A stretch of 64,000 bases of DNA from Acidobacteriota bacterium (GTDB taxonomy: Bacteria > Acidobacteriota > UBA890 > WLXD01): NCBI GenBank assembly GCA_963666055.2, contig CAXWPH010000011.1:96001-160000 (forward strand), written 5' to 3'. The position numbers and the translations under genes were made by a program. This document shows positions 1-10,061 of this stretch, piece after piece (position 1 is the stretch's first letter; each line of letters begins with the position of its first letter). The notes under the pieces are model-generated. The model was not told the origin of the DNA and ran no database searches. It was given only the letters and a program-made list of their open reading frames with translations.

Positions 1-135
1 CCAGCATAGCGGGGAGCGATCAGCCTCGCAGCGTCCGCTGCAGTTTGCTACGGTGATTCGGTGCTTGATCCATGCTCCGTGCCCCCACCGCGGCGCGACA
101 AGATCTCGAAATAGACCACCCCTCGAGCCGGCGAC

Positions 136-2811
136 ATGCCCCTGAGACCCGCGTTCTTGGCGACGTTGTTACTCACCTCGGTCCCCCTGCTCGCGTTTGC
201 GCAGGAGGCCCAGACCCCGTCGTCGCGAATCCGCGTGCTTACCCTCGACCCCGAGGGGTCGCCGATCGAGGGACTACTCGTGCAGGTCCTCGGACCAACG
301 CGCCAGGTGGTACGCGAGACGCCATCGGACGCCAGCGGGACGGCGTTACTCGACGGGCTGCGTCGCGGTTCGTACGAGCTTCGGATCATCAGCACCTTCT
401 ACACTGATGTGTACCGCGTGCTCGACTTGCGGCAGGAGGAGCTCGTCGTCGAGGTGACCATGCTGCCGTCGGGCGTCGAGGAGCGGGTTACGGTCACCGC
501 AGCACGGGGAACGTTGCGGGAAGAAACCAAGATTCCGGCTACGGTTCGCTCACTCGACGAAGCTCGCCTGAAGGCGCGGGCGGTCGACCTCTTGCCCCGG
601 ATGCTCGACGAGGAGCCCGGAATCCTCACGCAGCAGACCACACCGGGGCAGGGTTCGCCGATCCTCCGGGGGCAGAGCGCCCAGGCGGTTCTCTACCTGC
701 TCGACGGGGTGCGCTACAACAACGCTACCTATCGCGCCGGCAACACCCAGTATCTTGCCTGGATTCCCGACGCTGCAGTCGATTCGGTGGAAGTTTTGCT
801 CGGCCCGGCAGGCGTCAACTACGGAAGTGACGCGCTGGGTGGCGCGGTCAATGTCATCAGCAAGCCGCTGCCCGGATTCACGCCAGAGCGCACGCGGTGG
901 TCGGGTAGTGTCCGCGTTTTCGGAGAATCGGCCTCGAACGGGGGCGGCGCTAACGCCACGCTGGGTGGATCGGGTCGCAATTGGGCGGCCTATGTCACCG
1001 CCAACGCTAGTCGGCACAACGAAGTGCGCGGCGGCGGCGGCATCGATTCGCATCACGCCAGCACCCGGTTCGTCGGCTTCACTCCCCGACAGGTGCGCGA
1101 CGTCTTTGGTGGGCGCTATCGCGACACCGGGTACTCGGCGGTCGGCCTCACCGCCAAGGCAAACCTGCGAGTCGGCTCCGCCGGCACCCTCTCTGGCTAT
1201 CTGGTGCGCTCCGAGCAATACGACATACGTCGCTACGACCGCCTCCTGGGAGGCGATGGTCGTCTGGTTGCCGACTTCGACCCGCAACAGCTCACTTTCG
1301 GCTATCTGCGTTACGCGCGATTCTTCACGAACGAGTTTCTGGAGGTGACGCTATCGCTCAACCGGCAGACTGACGGCCGACGCGACCAGCGCCGTCCGAC
1401 CGACAGCTTGCGCACCGAGCACAACCAGGACACCGCCCTCGGCATCGAGATCATCGGCTCCAAGACGTTCGCAAGCCATCTGCTTAGCGGTGGAATCGAG
1501 GTCTATGACGAGAACATCAACGCCACCAGAACGCAGACGAACGACGGGATCTCCGTCGCCGTTCGGCCGCGAGTCCCGAACGGCGCCACCTACCGCTCAC
1601 TCGGCTTCTTCGTCCTCGATGAGTGGAGCGCTGTCGACGGCCGCCTGTTGTTCTCGGGCGGCGCTCGTTACTCGGCATTTCGCTACCGGGCCCGATCTGC
1701 CGACAACATCATCAGCGGCGAAGCGCTCGTGCCCGAAACGCAGGCGACGTTCGACGACCTTACCTTCAACTTGGGCGCCAACTACGTTGCCAGCGACACG
1801 CTGAGTGCATGGGGCCGAGTGGCGCGTGGCTTCCGCGCGCCTTCTGTGTTCGACCTCGGCGAGATCGGTCTTACCGGCGGGGGGTTCGAGATCTCGCCCA
1901 CCGAAGCCGTCGGCTTCGGCGCTGTGGTCGGAGACTCGGCCGGCCGCGACGCGAGGCGTACCGGGAGCTCCTGGCGCCCCTTGATGCCCGAAGTTCTATG
2001 GAGCTACGAGGTTGGCCTGCGATGGTTCGACAACGATGTTCGCATCGAGCTCACCGGCTTCAGCAGCGAGTTCTCTGAAGCCATCTCTCGCCGCACTGTG
2101 ATCATCGATGATCCGGTGGTCGGACAAACTATCGGCGGCGAGGCAATCGTCGCGCAGGACACCGACGGGCGGATCTTTGTCGGCGCCGACCCGGATCCGG
2201 TCGTCTCTCGAGCCAACATCGGGCGTCTGCGAGTATGGGGACTGGAGCTGCTGGCGCAGAAATCGTTGAGTCTGCACTGGCTTGCAACCTTGAAAGCCTC
2301 GTTGCAGCGCGGCGCTGAGCTCGATACGGGCTTTTTCGCTCGTCGGATCGCGCCGGACAATGTCACCGGGGTGGCGCGTTGGCGCTCGTCATCCGGACGC
2401 TTGTCGATCGAGGCCGTGCTGAAGGGGGCGCGTCCGCAGACGCGGCTGAACCCCGCAGACCTGGAAGACTCGCGCATCGGTGCTTTTCGCGATGCTGGCG
2501 ACATTACCGACTTCTTCAACAACCAGGGGCCGCGGCTAGGGCTTGTGGCGAACGGGATTCTCCTGGCCACCGGTGAGACACTCGACCAGGTCATAGACCG
2601 CGTCCTCGGCGCCAGCCGAGCCGGTGCGCCACTCTTCACCTCCACGCCTGGATGGGCGACCCTCAGCGTCCGGGGCACGTACGCCCTGGCAGACAAACAG
2701 ACCCTGGTGTTCGCGCTCAGCAACCTCACCGATACCAACTACCGCATGCATGGCTCCGGATTCGATGCCATGGGCATCAACCTGAGCATGGCGTACTCGG
2801 TGAGCTTCTGA
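136..2811 (+). CDS. TonB-dependent outer membrane receptor with N-terminal carboxypeptidase-regulatory-like domain
   Basis: 891 aa; signal peptide; plug motifs (ERVTVTAARG, SPILRG, VEVLLGP..YGSDALGGAVN); C-terminal NLTDTNY...YSVSF ending in Phe. Confidence 0.92.
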   Translation: MPLRPAFLATLLLTSVPLLAFAQEAQTPSSRIRVLTLDPEGSPIEGLLVQVLGPTRQVVRETPSDASGTALLDGLRRGSYELRIISTFYTDVYRVLDLRQEELVVEVTMLPSGVEERVTVTAARGTLREETKIPATVRSLDEARLKARAVDLLPRMLDEEPGILTQQTTPGQGSPILRGQSAQAVLYLLDGVRYNNATYRAGNTQYLAWIPDAAVDSVEVLLGPAGVNYGSDALGGAVNVISKPLPGFTPERTRWSGSVRVFGESASNGGGANATLGGSGRNWAAYVTANASRHNEVRGGGGIDSHHASTRFVGFTPRQVRDVFGGRYRDTGYSAVGLTAKANLRVGSAGTLSGYLVRSEQYDIRRYDRLLGGDGRLVADFDPQQLTFGYLRYARFFTNEFLEVTLSLNRQTDGRRDQRRPTDSLRTEHNQDTALGIEIIGSKTFASHLLSGGIEVYDENINATRTQTNDGISVAVRPRVPNGATYRSLGFFVLDEWSAVDGRLLFSGGARYSAFRYRARSADNIISGEALVPETQATFDDLTFNLGANYVASDTLSAWGRVARGFRAPSVFDLGEIGLTGGGFEISPTEAVGFGAVVGDSAGRDARRTGSSWRPLMPEVLWSYEVGLRWFDNDVRIELTGFSSEFSEAISRRTVIIDDPVVGQTIGGEAIVAQDTDGRIFVGADPDPVVSRANIGRLRVWGLELLAQKSLSLHWLATLKASLQRGAELDTGFFARRIAPDNVTGVARWRSSSGRLSIEAVLKGARPQTRLNPADLEDSRIGAFRDAGDITDFFNNQGPRLGLVANGILLATGETLDQVIDRVLGASRAGAPLFTSTPGWATLSVRGTYALADKQTLVFALSNLTDTNYRMHGSGFDAMGINLSMAYSVSF

Positions 2812-2889
2812 CTGACAGGATCGCGTCAGAAAACCACCAGATGCACCGGCGGCGGTGAAACCCCTCGGGCCTCAACGCGTATCTGCTAG
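2812..2889. repeat. Short intergenic element with imperfect terminal inverted repeats (possible MITE)
   Basis: Left ctgacaggatcgcgt versus reverse complement of the right end ctagcagatacgcgt; starts right after the receptor stop codon. Confidence 0.3.
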
Positions 2890-2928
2890 TAGGAACACTC
2901 GCCCGAGCTCTGTGACCGAGGAGTTGCC

Positions 2929-3579
2929 ATGCAGGCCAGCCTGCTGTCGCTTTTTTTGATCGCTGCGGTAGCGACACCGACCGCCGCGACTACACCGTCC
3001 GGTGAGACGCGAGAATTCAGGCGCGATTTCAGCGCCGCCAACCTCGACGAGCTGTACATCGACTTTCCCATTGGCGAGCTCGAGATCGAGGGAACGAGCA
3101 CTGACCGTATCGAGGTCCGGGTGAGCATCGGGTGCGACGGCTGGCGAGCGCGGTCGTGCCGCGAGAGTGCCCAACATGTTGAGCTCGAACCCAACCGCGA
3201 CGGCGACCGACTGGAGCTTTCGTTCGCTGGCTTCAGCAAGTGGCGTAACCGTGGCATGCACATCAACATGAAGGTGCGGCTGCCGGCGCCCCTCGACCTC
3301 GCGGTGGACATGAGCATCGGCGAGCTTCAGATACGGGCTGTTGCCGGCAACGTCGTCGTCGACATGAGCATCGGCGAGGTTTCGTTGCGCATGCGCGAGG
3401 CGGACGTTGGTCTCCTCAGCATGGACACGGGAATCGGCGAGTCGTCGCTGGTAACGCCAGCGGGACGATCCGAGAGCGCCGGGCTATTCACGCGTGAGCT
3501 GCGGTGGGACAAGGGCCATGGCGAGGCGCGGATCCGCATCGACCTGGGTATCGGCGAGGTCGACGTTCGCTTGAGCTAG
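2929..3579 (+). CDS. Secreted DUF4097/adhesin-like beta-strand repeat protein
   Basis: Signal peptide; repeated D(M/L/F)xIGE(L/V) motifs; GAGGAG RBS upstream. Confidence 0.7.
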   Translation: MQASLLSLFLIAAVATPTAATTPSGETREFRRDFSAANLDELYIDFPIGELEIEGTSTDRIEVRVSIGCDGWRARSCRESAQHVELEPNRDGDRLELSFAGFSKWRNRGMHINMKVRLPAPLDLAVDMSIGELQIRAVAGNVVVDMSIGEVSLRMREADVGLLSMDTGIGESSLVTPAGRSESAGLFTRELRWDKGHGEARIRIDLGIGEVDVRLS

Positions 3580-3691
3580 CAGGCCGTTCCGGGACACTGA
3601 CAATCTGCCAGACTCGGAGCACTGCGGTAGGATTCGTCCGACACCGCTTCGATCCGCCGGAAGTCTCAGCTCCGTCTCCGGAACGCTGGTA

Positions 3692-5299
3692 ATGGACACG
3701 ATCGTCTCCAGCCTGGAAACTGAAAGCACCGCAGCGCGCCACAACGCAGCCCACCATCGCGCCCTCGCCGAGGAGCTGAGAGAGCGTGCCGCCGCGGCGC
3801 GCGAGGGGGGCGGCCGCAAGTACCGCGAGCGACACACTGCGCAGGGGAAGCTCTTCGTCCGCGACCGTATCGACGGGCTCATCGACGACTCCAGCCCACT
3901 GCTCGAGCTCTCGCCGCTGGCGGCAGACGGAATGTACGACGGGCGAGCTCCGAGTGCCGGGATCGTCACCGCCGTGGGGCGAGTTTGCGGCCACGAGGTG
4001 ATGATCATCGCCAACGACGCCACCGTGAAGGGAGGCACCTACTTCCCGCTCACCGTGAAGAAGCATCTGCGCGCCCAGCAAATCGCGCTCGAGAACCGGC
4101 TCCCTTGCATACACCTCGTCGACTCCGGAGGTGCTTTCTTGCCGATGCAGGACGAGGTATTCCCGGATCGCCAGCACTTCGGTCGTATCTTCTACAACCA
4201 GGCGCGAATGAGCGCCGAGCGCATCCCACAGATCGCTGTCGTGATGGGTAGCTGCACGGCCGGCGGCGCCTACGTGCCGGCGATGAGCGACGAAGTCGTG
4301 ATCGTCCGCAATCAGGGCACGATCTTCCTCGCTGGCCCACCGCTGGTGAAGGCAGCGACCGGCGAGGAGATAAGCGCCGAGGAGCTCGGCGGCGCCGATG
4401 TCCATGCCCGCCAAAGCGGCGTCGCAGACTATCTTGCCGATGACGATGAGGACGCGTTGAGGATGGCGCGCAACATCGTCGAGAACCTGAACCTAGTGAA
4501 GCACATCGACGCCGAGCGGAAGGAGTCGGAGGAGCCGCTCTATCCTCCGGAGGAGCTCTACGCGGTCGTGCCGACGGATCTACGCAAGCCCTACGACGTT
4601 CGCGAGATCATCGCGCGAATCACCGACGGCAGCCGATTCCACGAGTTCAAGGCAACGTACGGAACTACCCTGATCACGGGCTTTGCACGACTACACGGAT
4701 TGCCGATAGGCATCATCGCCAACAACGGCGTGCTCTTTTCCGAAAGCGCGCTGAAGGCAACGCACTTTATCGAGATGTGTGACCTGCGCCGTGTTCCATT
4801 GGTGTTCTTGCAGAACGTCACCGGCTTCATGGTCGGCGGTCGGTACGAGGCCGGGGGAATCGCCAAGGATGGCGCCAAGATGGTGCACGCGGTGGCCAAT
4901 GCCACGGTGCCAAAGCTGACCGTGATCGTCGGCGGATCGTTCGGGGCAGGAAACTATGGCATGTGCGGGCGTGCCTATGATCCACGATTCCTGTTCACCT
5001 GGCCCAACGCCAGGATCTCGGTGATGGGCGGCGAGCAGGCCGCCATGGTGCTCGCGCAGGTCAAGCGCGACCAGCTGTCGCGCCAAGGGATCGACTGGTC
5101 GGAGGCTGAAGAAGGGGCGTTCAAGCAGCCCATCCTGGACGCCTACGAGCAGGAGGGCAGCCCCTACTACGCCACCGCGCGCTTGTGGGACGACGGCATC
5201 ATCGACCCGGCCCAAACCCGTGACGTGCTGGGTTTGGCGTTATCGGCCACCTACAACGCGCCCATGCGAGAGCCGCGCATGGGCGTCTTCCGAATGTAG
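3692..5299 (+). CDS. liuB: Methylcrotonoyl-CoA carboxylase, carboxyltransferase subunit
   Basis: [52 protein letters not shown]-terminal GVFRM. Confidence 0.93.
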   Translation: MDTIVSSLETESTAARHNAAHHRALAEELRERAAAAREGGGRKYRERHTAQGKLFVRDRIDGLIDDSSPLLELSPLAADGMYDGRAPSAGIVTAVGRVCGHEVMIIANDATVKGGTYFPLTVKKHLRAQQIALENRLPCIHLVDSGGAFLPMQDEVFPDRQHFGRIFYNQARMSAERIPQIAVVMGSCTAGGAYVPAMSDEVVIVRNQGTIFLAGPPLVKAATGEEISAEELGGADVHARQSGVADYLADDDEDALRMARNIVENLNLVKHIDAERKESEEPLYPPEELYAVVPTDLRKPYDVREIIARITDGSRFHEFKATYGTTLITGFARLHGLPIGIIANNGVLFSESALKATHFIEMCDLRRVPLVFLQNVTGFMVGGRYEAGGIAKDGAKMVHAVANATVPKLTVIVGGSFGAGNYGMCGRAYDPRFLFTWPNARISVMGGEQAAMVLAQVKRDQLSRQGIDWSEAEEGAFKQPILDAYEQEGSPYYATARLWDDGIIDPAQTRDVLGLALSATYNAPMREPRMGVFRM

Positions 5300-5327
5300 C
5301 GACCCTCGCGAGCACGGAGTCGAGGAC

Positions 5328-6125
5328 ATGACCGACGAATCGCCCACTACCCTGCGGCTGGAGCGCGCCAATGCGGTGCTGTCCGTGGTGCTCAACCGAC
5401 CGCAGGTCCACGACGCCTTCGACGAGGTGATGATCGGCGAGCTTACGCGGGTTTTCATGGCCGTCGCCGACGACGACGCTGTGCGAGTCGTCGTGCTCAG
5501 GTCGACCGGCAAGCACTTCTCAGCCGGCGCCGACCTCAACATGATGCGCCGCATAGCCGACTACTCCGAGTCCGAAAGCGCCGCCGACGCCCGCCGCATG
5601 GAGAAAATGTTCCGCGTCATCGCCACCTGCCCGAAACCAGTTGTGGCACGCGTACAGGGGGCGGCGCTCGGCGGCGGATCGGGGCTCGTCGCAACAGCCG
5701 ACATCGCGGTCGCATCGACCGCGGCGCGATTTGGATTCACCGAGGCCCGCCTGGGCATCGTCCCCGGAGTGATCTCGGCGTACGTACTTCGCAAGGTCCC
5801 GGCCGGCCAAGCGCAGGCGCTCTTCCTCACCGGTGCTCGCTTCAACGCGCTACGGGCGCTCGAATTGGGCCTGGTTCATGAGGTGGTCGAGCCGGGGCAG
5901 CTCGACGCGGCTGTCGATCGAGTGGTCGACGAGCTGCTCGCCTGCAGCCCGGATGCACAGGCGAGGATCAAGCGACTGGTACCCGCGATCGCCCATCTCG
6001 GCGTCGAGACTGCCGCCGACCTCACCGTGAAGGCGATCAGCGCGGCACGCGCCAGCGACGACGGCAAGCGCGGCATGACCGCGTTCCTGGCCAAGGAGAA
6101 GCCACCTTGGAGCCGGGAGCACTAG
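5328..6125 (+). CDS. liuC: Methylglutaconyl-CoA hydratase (enoyl-CoA hydratase family)
   Basis: LNRPQVHDAFD, FSAGADL, GAALGGG, FTEARLG; context between MCC subunits; ATG at 5328 after GAGG. Confidence 0.85.
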   Translation: MTDESPTTLRLERANAVLSVVLNRPQVHDAFDEVMIGELTRVFMAVADDDAVRVVVLRSTGKHFSAGADLNMMRRIADYSESESAADARRMEKMFRVIATCPKPVVARVQGAALGGGSGLVATADIAVASTAARFGFTEARLGIVPGVISAYVLRKVPAGQAQALFLTGARFNALRALELGLVHEVVEPGQLDAAVDRVVDELLACSPDAQARIKRLVPAIAHLGVETAADLTVKAISAARASDDGKRGMTAFLAKEKPPWSREH

Positions 6126-6145
6126 TGTTACCGCACGGGACACCC

Positions 6146-7633
6146 ATGCTCCCGAAACGGGTTCTCATCGCCAACCGCGGCGAGATCTCGGTACGCGTTA
6201 CGCGGACGTGTCACGCCGCTGGCATCGAGGTTGTGGCCGTCTACTCCCCCGAAGATCAAGGCTCGCCCCACATCAACGCTGCGGACCGAGCGGTCGAGGT
6301 CCCCAGCTACGTCGACATCGACGCATTGGTGTGGGCCGCCACTGCCGCTGGCTGTGATGCTGTCCACCCAGGCTACGGATTCCTGTCGGAGAGCCCCCGC
6401 TTGGCGCGGGCAGTGATCCGTGCGCACCTCCTGTTCATCGGCCCGCCGGCGACAGCGATGGAGATCATGGGCGACAAGACCAAGGCGCGCGCCGCCATGG
6501 TCGAAGCCGGAGTACCGATCGTGCCAGGGTCCGTTCCGGGAGACGCCGACCAGCTCGCCGACGCTGCCGCGGCGCTCGACTACCCGGTGCTCCTGAAGGC
6601 GGTGGCGGCGGGTGGCGGTAAGGGAATGGCGATCGTGCACGACCGCGCCACGCTGATGCGCGTGTATCGGCAGGCAACCGACGAGGCGCGCCGATCGTTC
6701 GGCGACGGGAGCCTGTACGTCGAGAAACTCATCGAGCGTCCTCGCCATATCGAGATTCAGATCTTCGCGGATACGCATGGCAACACCGTGGCGCTCGGCG
6801 AGCGCGAGTGCTCGATTCAACGCCGCTATCAGAAGATCATCGAGGAGACGCCCTCTCCTGCAGTGGACGACGACCTTCGCGCCCAGTTGAGCGTCGCCGC
6901 CATCGATGCGGCCCGCGGCGTCGGCTACGTCGGTGCCGGCACGGTGGAGTTCCTGCTCGCCGCCGATCGCAGGTTCTACTTTCTGGAGATGAACACGCGA
7001 CTGCAGGTCGAGCATCCGATAACCGAATGGGTTACCGGCCTGGATCTCGTGCGTCTGCAGCTCGAAGTCGCTTCCGGAGGGCCACTACCACCCGAGGCGA
7101 TCCAGCCTCGCTTCGTCGGGCACGCCGTCGAGTGCCGCATCTACGCAGAGGATCCAGGTGATGGTTACCTGCCGCAATCCGGGAGCATCCTGCTGCTACG
7201 TGAGCCCAGCGGCCCCGGCATACGGATCGACTCGGCGCTCGCCGATGGGCAAGAGATCACCGTTCACTTCGACCCGATGTTGGCCAAGGTCTCTACTTGG
7301 GGACGTGATCGGTCAGTGGCCATCGCACGCATGCGGGAAGCTCTTCGCCGCTTCGTGCTGCTCGGGATCCGCACCAACATCGACCACCTGCAGGACATAT
7401 TGGCGCTCCCGGCGTTCCTCGAGGGGGAGCTCTCAACCACGTTCCTGGACGAGCACCTAGCGGCCTGGCCAGCCACCTCCAACGTCCCCGACTTGGCGCT
7501 TGCTGCCACCGCGTTGGCGGATCCTGTCGACGCCAACAGCAGGGCGCGCGACGATCCGGCCCGGGATCCGCGGACAAACGACCCCTGGCGAACGCTCGGC
7601 GACTTCCGCGTCGCCGCCACGGACAAGCCATGA
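6146..7633 (+). CDS. liuD: Methylcrotonoyl-CoA carboxylase, biotin carboxylase subunit
   Basis: VLIANRGEI, HPGYGFLSE, ERECSIQRRYQK, FLEMNTRLQVEHP; no biotinyl domain on this chain. Confidence 0.85.
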   Translation: MLPKRVLIANRGEISVRVTRTCHAAGIEVVAVYSPEDQGSPHINAADRAVEVPSYVDIDALVWAATAAGCDAVHPGYGFLSESPRLARAVIRAHLLFIGPPATAMEIMGDKTKARAAMVEAGVPIVPGSVPGDADQLADAAAALDYPVLLKAVAAGGGKGMAIVHDRATLMRVYRQATDEARRSFGDGSLYVEKLIERPRHIEIQIFADTHGNTVALGERECSIQRRYQKIIEETPSPAVDDDLRAQLSVAAIDAARGVGYVGAGTVEFLLAADRRFYFLEMNTRLQVEHPITEWVTGLDLVRLQLEVASGGPLPPEAIQPRFVGHAVECRIYAEDPGDGYLPQSGSILLLREPSGPGIRIDSALADGQEITVHFDPMLAKVSTWGRDRSVAIARMREALRRFVLLGIRTNIDHLQDILALPAFLEGELSTTFLDEHLAAWPATSNVPDLALAATALADPVDANSRARDDPARDPRTNDPWRTLGDFRVAATDKP

Positions 7634-8127
7634 GCGTACGGATGTTCCGATGGCGGCAGACCCCAATGAGAGTGGACGCTGCACGCCACGGCTCGACGAT
7701 CCGCCTCCGCGACGGAGAGGGCGAGAGCCGCACCTGGGAAACCCGACGGCTCGGGCCTGCGGAGTTTCGCGTGCGCGAATCCACCAGCGACGGCCGGCAC
7801 CACACCGTATTCGCAGTTCGCAGCGGCCGGAACTGGTGGGTGCACCTGGACGGCCGTACCTACCATCTGAAACAAATCGCTGCCCGGGGCACCGAACGAA
7901 CAGCGGGAGAACTCACCTCGCCCATCCCGGGCACGGTGACCGAAATCCCGGTGAGCAACGGCGACACCGTCGAAGCCGGGCAAGTTGTCATGGTGATCTC
8001 GGCGATGAAGATGCAGCTGGAGATCACGGCCCCGCACGCCGGCGTAGTTCGAGGGCTCGGTCTGGCGGTTGGAGATCCGGTCGACGGGGGCCGCGAGTTG
8101 CTGATGATCGAGGCGTTCGACGGCTAG
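7630..8127 (+). CDS. Biotin carboxyl carrier protein
   Basis: SPIPGTV...ISAMKMQ biotinylation motif; ATGA overlap with the upstream gene. Confidence 0.88.
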   Translation: MSVRMFRWRQTPMRVDAARHGSTIRLRDGEGESRTWETRRLGPAEFRVRESTSDGRHHTVFAVRSGRNWWVHLDGRTYHLKQIAARGTERTAGELTSPIPGTVTEIPVSNGDTVEAGQVVMVISAMKMQLEITAPHAGVVRGLGLAVGDPVDGGRELLMIEAFDG

Positions 8128-8185
8128 CAGGGGTTCGCTGCGTATTGCTGGGTCGAGATGGGGCAGGCCAGCGCCGAGGCTACCG

Positions 8186-9109
8186 CTATGCCGGCACGGG
8201 CACCCGTCGGCGCCGCGAACGCAGCGCCGCCAGCGCCCGGGATGGAAGCTCCAACCCGGTGGATTCCGCCAGGCTAGAGCTCGCCTCCACTAGCGCCGGG
8301 AGGTCGACGCCAGTCTCGATTCCAAGGCGATGCAGCATCGCCACCAAGTCCTCGGTGGCGAGGTTCCCGGAGGCACCCGCAGCGAACGGGCACCCGCCCA
8401 GGCCTCCGGCAGCGGCATCGAAAACGGTTATCCCGGCCTCGAGCCCGGTCAAGACATTCGCCAGCCCACGACCGTAGGTATCGTGCAGGTGCAACGCGAT
8501 CGTCGAAAGATCGAAATCGACCCCCAGTAGCTCGACCATGCGCCCAACCTGTCCGGGGTCGGCGATGCCAATGGTGTCGCCGATCGAGACCTCGGCGCAT
8601 CCCAACTCGAAGAGATCGGCGGTCAGTCGCACGACTGCCTCCGCCTCAACCTCTCCCTGGTAGGGGCAGCCGAAAGCCGTCGAAACGTAGCCGCGCAAGC
8701 GAACGTCACGCTCGCGCACACGCTCTGCGATGGGGCGGAAGCGCTCGATGGATTCGGCGATGGAGGCGTTGATGTTGCGGCGGTTGAAGGTCTCCGACGC
8801 GGCGGTGAATACCGCCACTTCTTCAACGCCCGCCGCCAGCGCGCGCTCGAGGCCGAAAGCGTTGGGTACCAACACCGGAAAGCGAACACCTGGAGTCCGC
8901 TTGATCCGCGCCATTACCTCGCCGGCGTCAGCTAATTGCGGCACCCACTTCGGAGACACGAAGCTCGTTGCCTCGATGGCCGGCAGCCCGGTGGCGGACA
9001 GGGCGTTGATGAACTCGACCTTGGCCTGAGTGGGAATGAAGCGGGCAAGGTTCTGGAAGCCGTCACGCGGCCCCACCTCGTACACCGTCACGCTTCGCGG
9101 CATGCTCAT
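8186..9109 (-). CDS. liuE: Hydroxymethylglutaryl-CoA lyase
   Basis: EVGPRDGFQN, SFVSPKWVPQLAD, HLHDTYG, GLGGCPFAAGASGNLATED. Confidence 0.93.
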   Translation of the reverse strand: MSMPRSVTVYEVGPRDGFQNLARFIPTQAKVEFINALSATGLPAIEATSFVSPKWVPQLADAGEVMARIKRTPGVRFPVLVPNAFGLERALAAGVEEVAVFTAASETFNRRNINASIAESIERFRPIAERVRERDVRLRGYVSTAFGCPYQGEVEAEAVVRLTADLFELGCAEVSIGDTIGIADPGQVGRMVELLGVDFDLSTIALHLHDTYGRGLANVLTGLEAGITVFDAAAGGLGGCPFAAGASGNLATEDLVAMLHRLGIETGVDLPALVEASSSLAESTGLELPSRALAALRSRRRRVPVPA

Positions 9110-9176
9110 CGTTCTGCCTGCAGCTGTCCGGTTGGCGACGGCCGCGCAGCGAGCCGTCGGCTTTCATTCCAACTGG

Positions 9177-9210
9177 GTTGATTATTAAATAAATGTTTAG
9201 TTAGCTCAAC
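9177..9210. promoter_or_regulatory. AT-rich divergent promoter / probable TetR operator
   Basis: gttga-ttat-TAAATAAATGTTTA-gttagc-tcaac: imperfect palindrome in an AT-rich patch between divergent liuE and tetR. Confidence 0.55.
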
Positions 9211-9239
9211 GACACAACCGCTAGTGGTACCTTCATCCC

Positions 9240-10061
9240 ATGACTGACGATCCGATCGTGTCTCGAAAAGGCGCACGCAAGACCGGTGCGACGCGCGAAG
9301 CGCTGATGAGCGCCGCCACCGACTTGTTTGCTCAGCGCGGTTTCGAAGGTACGCGCGTCGACAAAATCGCCGAGACTGCCGGCGTTAACAAAGCGATGAT
9401 CAGCTACCACTTTGGCGGCAAGGGTGCGCTGTACAATGAGATCCTGCGCGAGACCTTCGCCGATGCGCATCGACGCTTCGCAGCGATTCGAGAGTCCGAC
9501 GCCCCAGCCGACGAACGGTTACGCGCCTTCATCGAGGCTTTTGCCGATCTGTCATTGCTGCGTCCGGCGCTGCCGGCGATGGTCCTGCGCGAGGTGATGT
9601 CCGGTGGCCTGCACATTGAGAAGGGTCTGCTTCCCAAGCTCCTCGCCATTTTCAGCCTGGTCCAGGACATCATCGATCAGGGCATCGCAGAGGGCACGTT
9701 CTCAGCTGTCAACCCCTACCTGACGCACATCAGCTTGCTCGGCAGCCTGGTGTTTTTCTTCGCCTCCATGCCCATCCGGGCCCGGCTCGAAGAGGGTCGG
9801 CTTCCGGTTGGCGTAGCGGAAGTTCGCGAGTACGTCCGCCACCTGCAGCAGGTGCTCGGCCGCGGTCTCGCCCCGACACTTGCCGAGTCCCGAACCTGCC
9901 TGAGGCCGGCCTGCCAGCTGTGGTGGAAGCGTGGCGCGCCCGGCTACGCAACCAGCGGAAACACCGAGGCTAGCAACCAGCCAAAGAACATCCCGGCGCC
10001 GATTCCGTATCCCCAGGGCCGGTTGATGCGACTGCCGACGAAAACGAAGCCGCCAATGTAG
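9240..10061 (+). CDS. TetR/AcrR family transcriptional regulator
   Basis: AATDLFAQRGFEGTRVDKIAETAGVNKAMISYHFGGKGALY HTH; the ORF tail overlaps the convergent gene by 118 bp. Confidence 0.9.
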   Translation: MTDDPIVSRKGARKTGATREALMSAATDLFAQRGFEGTRVDKIAETAGVNKAMISYHFGGKGALYNEILRETFADAHRRFAAIRESDAPADERLRAFIEAFADLSLLRPALPAMVLREVMSGGLHIEKGLLPKLLAIFSLVQDIIDQGIAEGTFSAVNPYLTHISLLGSLVFFFASMPIRARLEEGRLPVGVAEVREYVRHLQQVLGRGLAPTLAESRTCLRPACQLWWKRGAPGYATSGNTEASNQPKNIPAPIPYPQGRLMRLPTKTKPPM

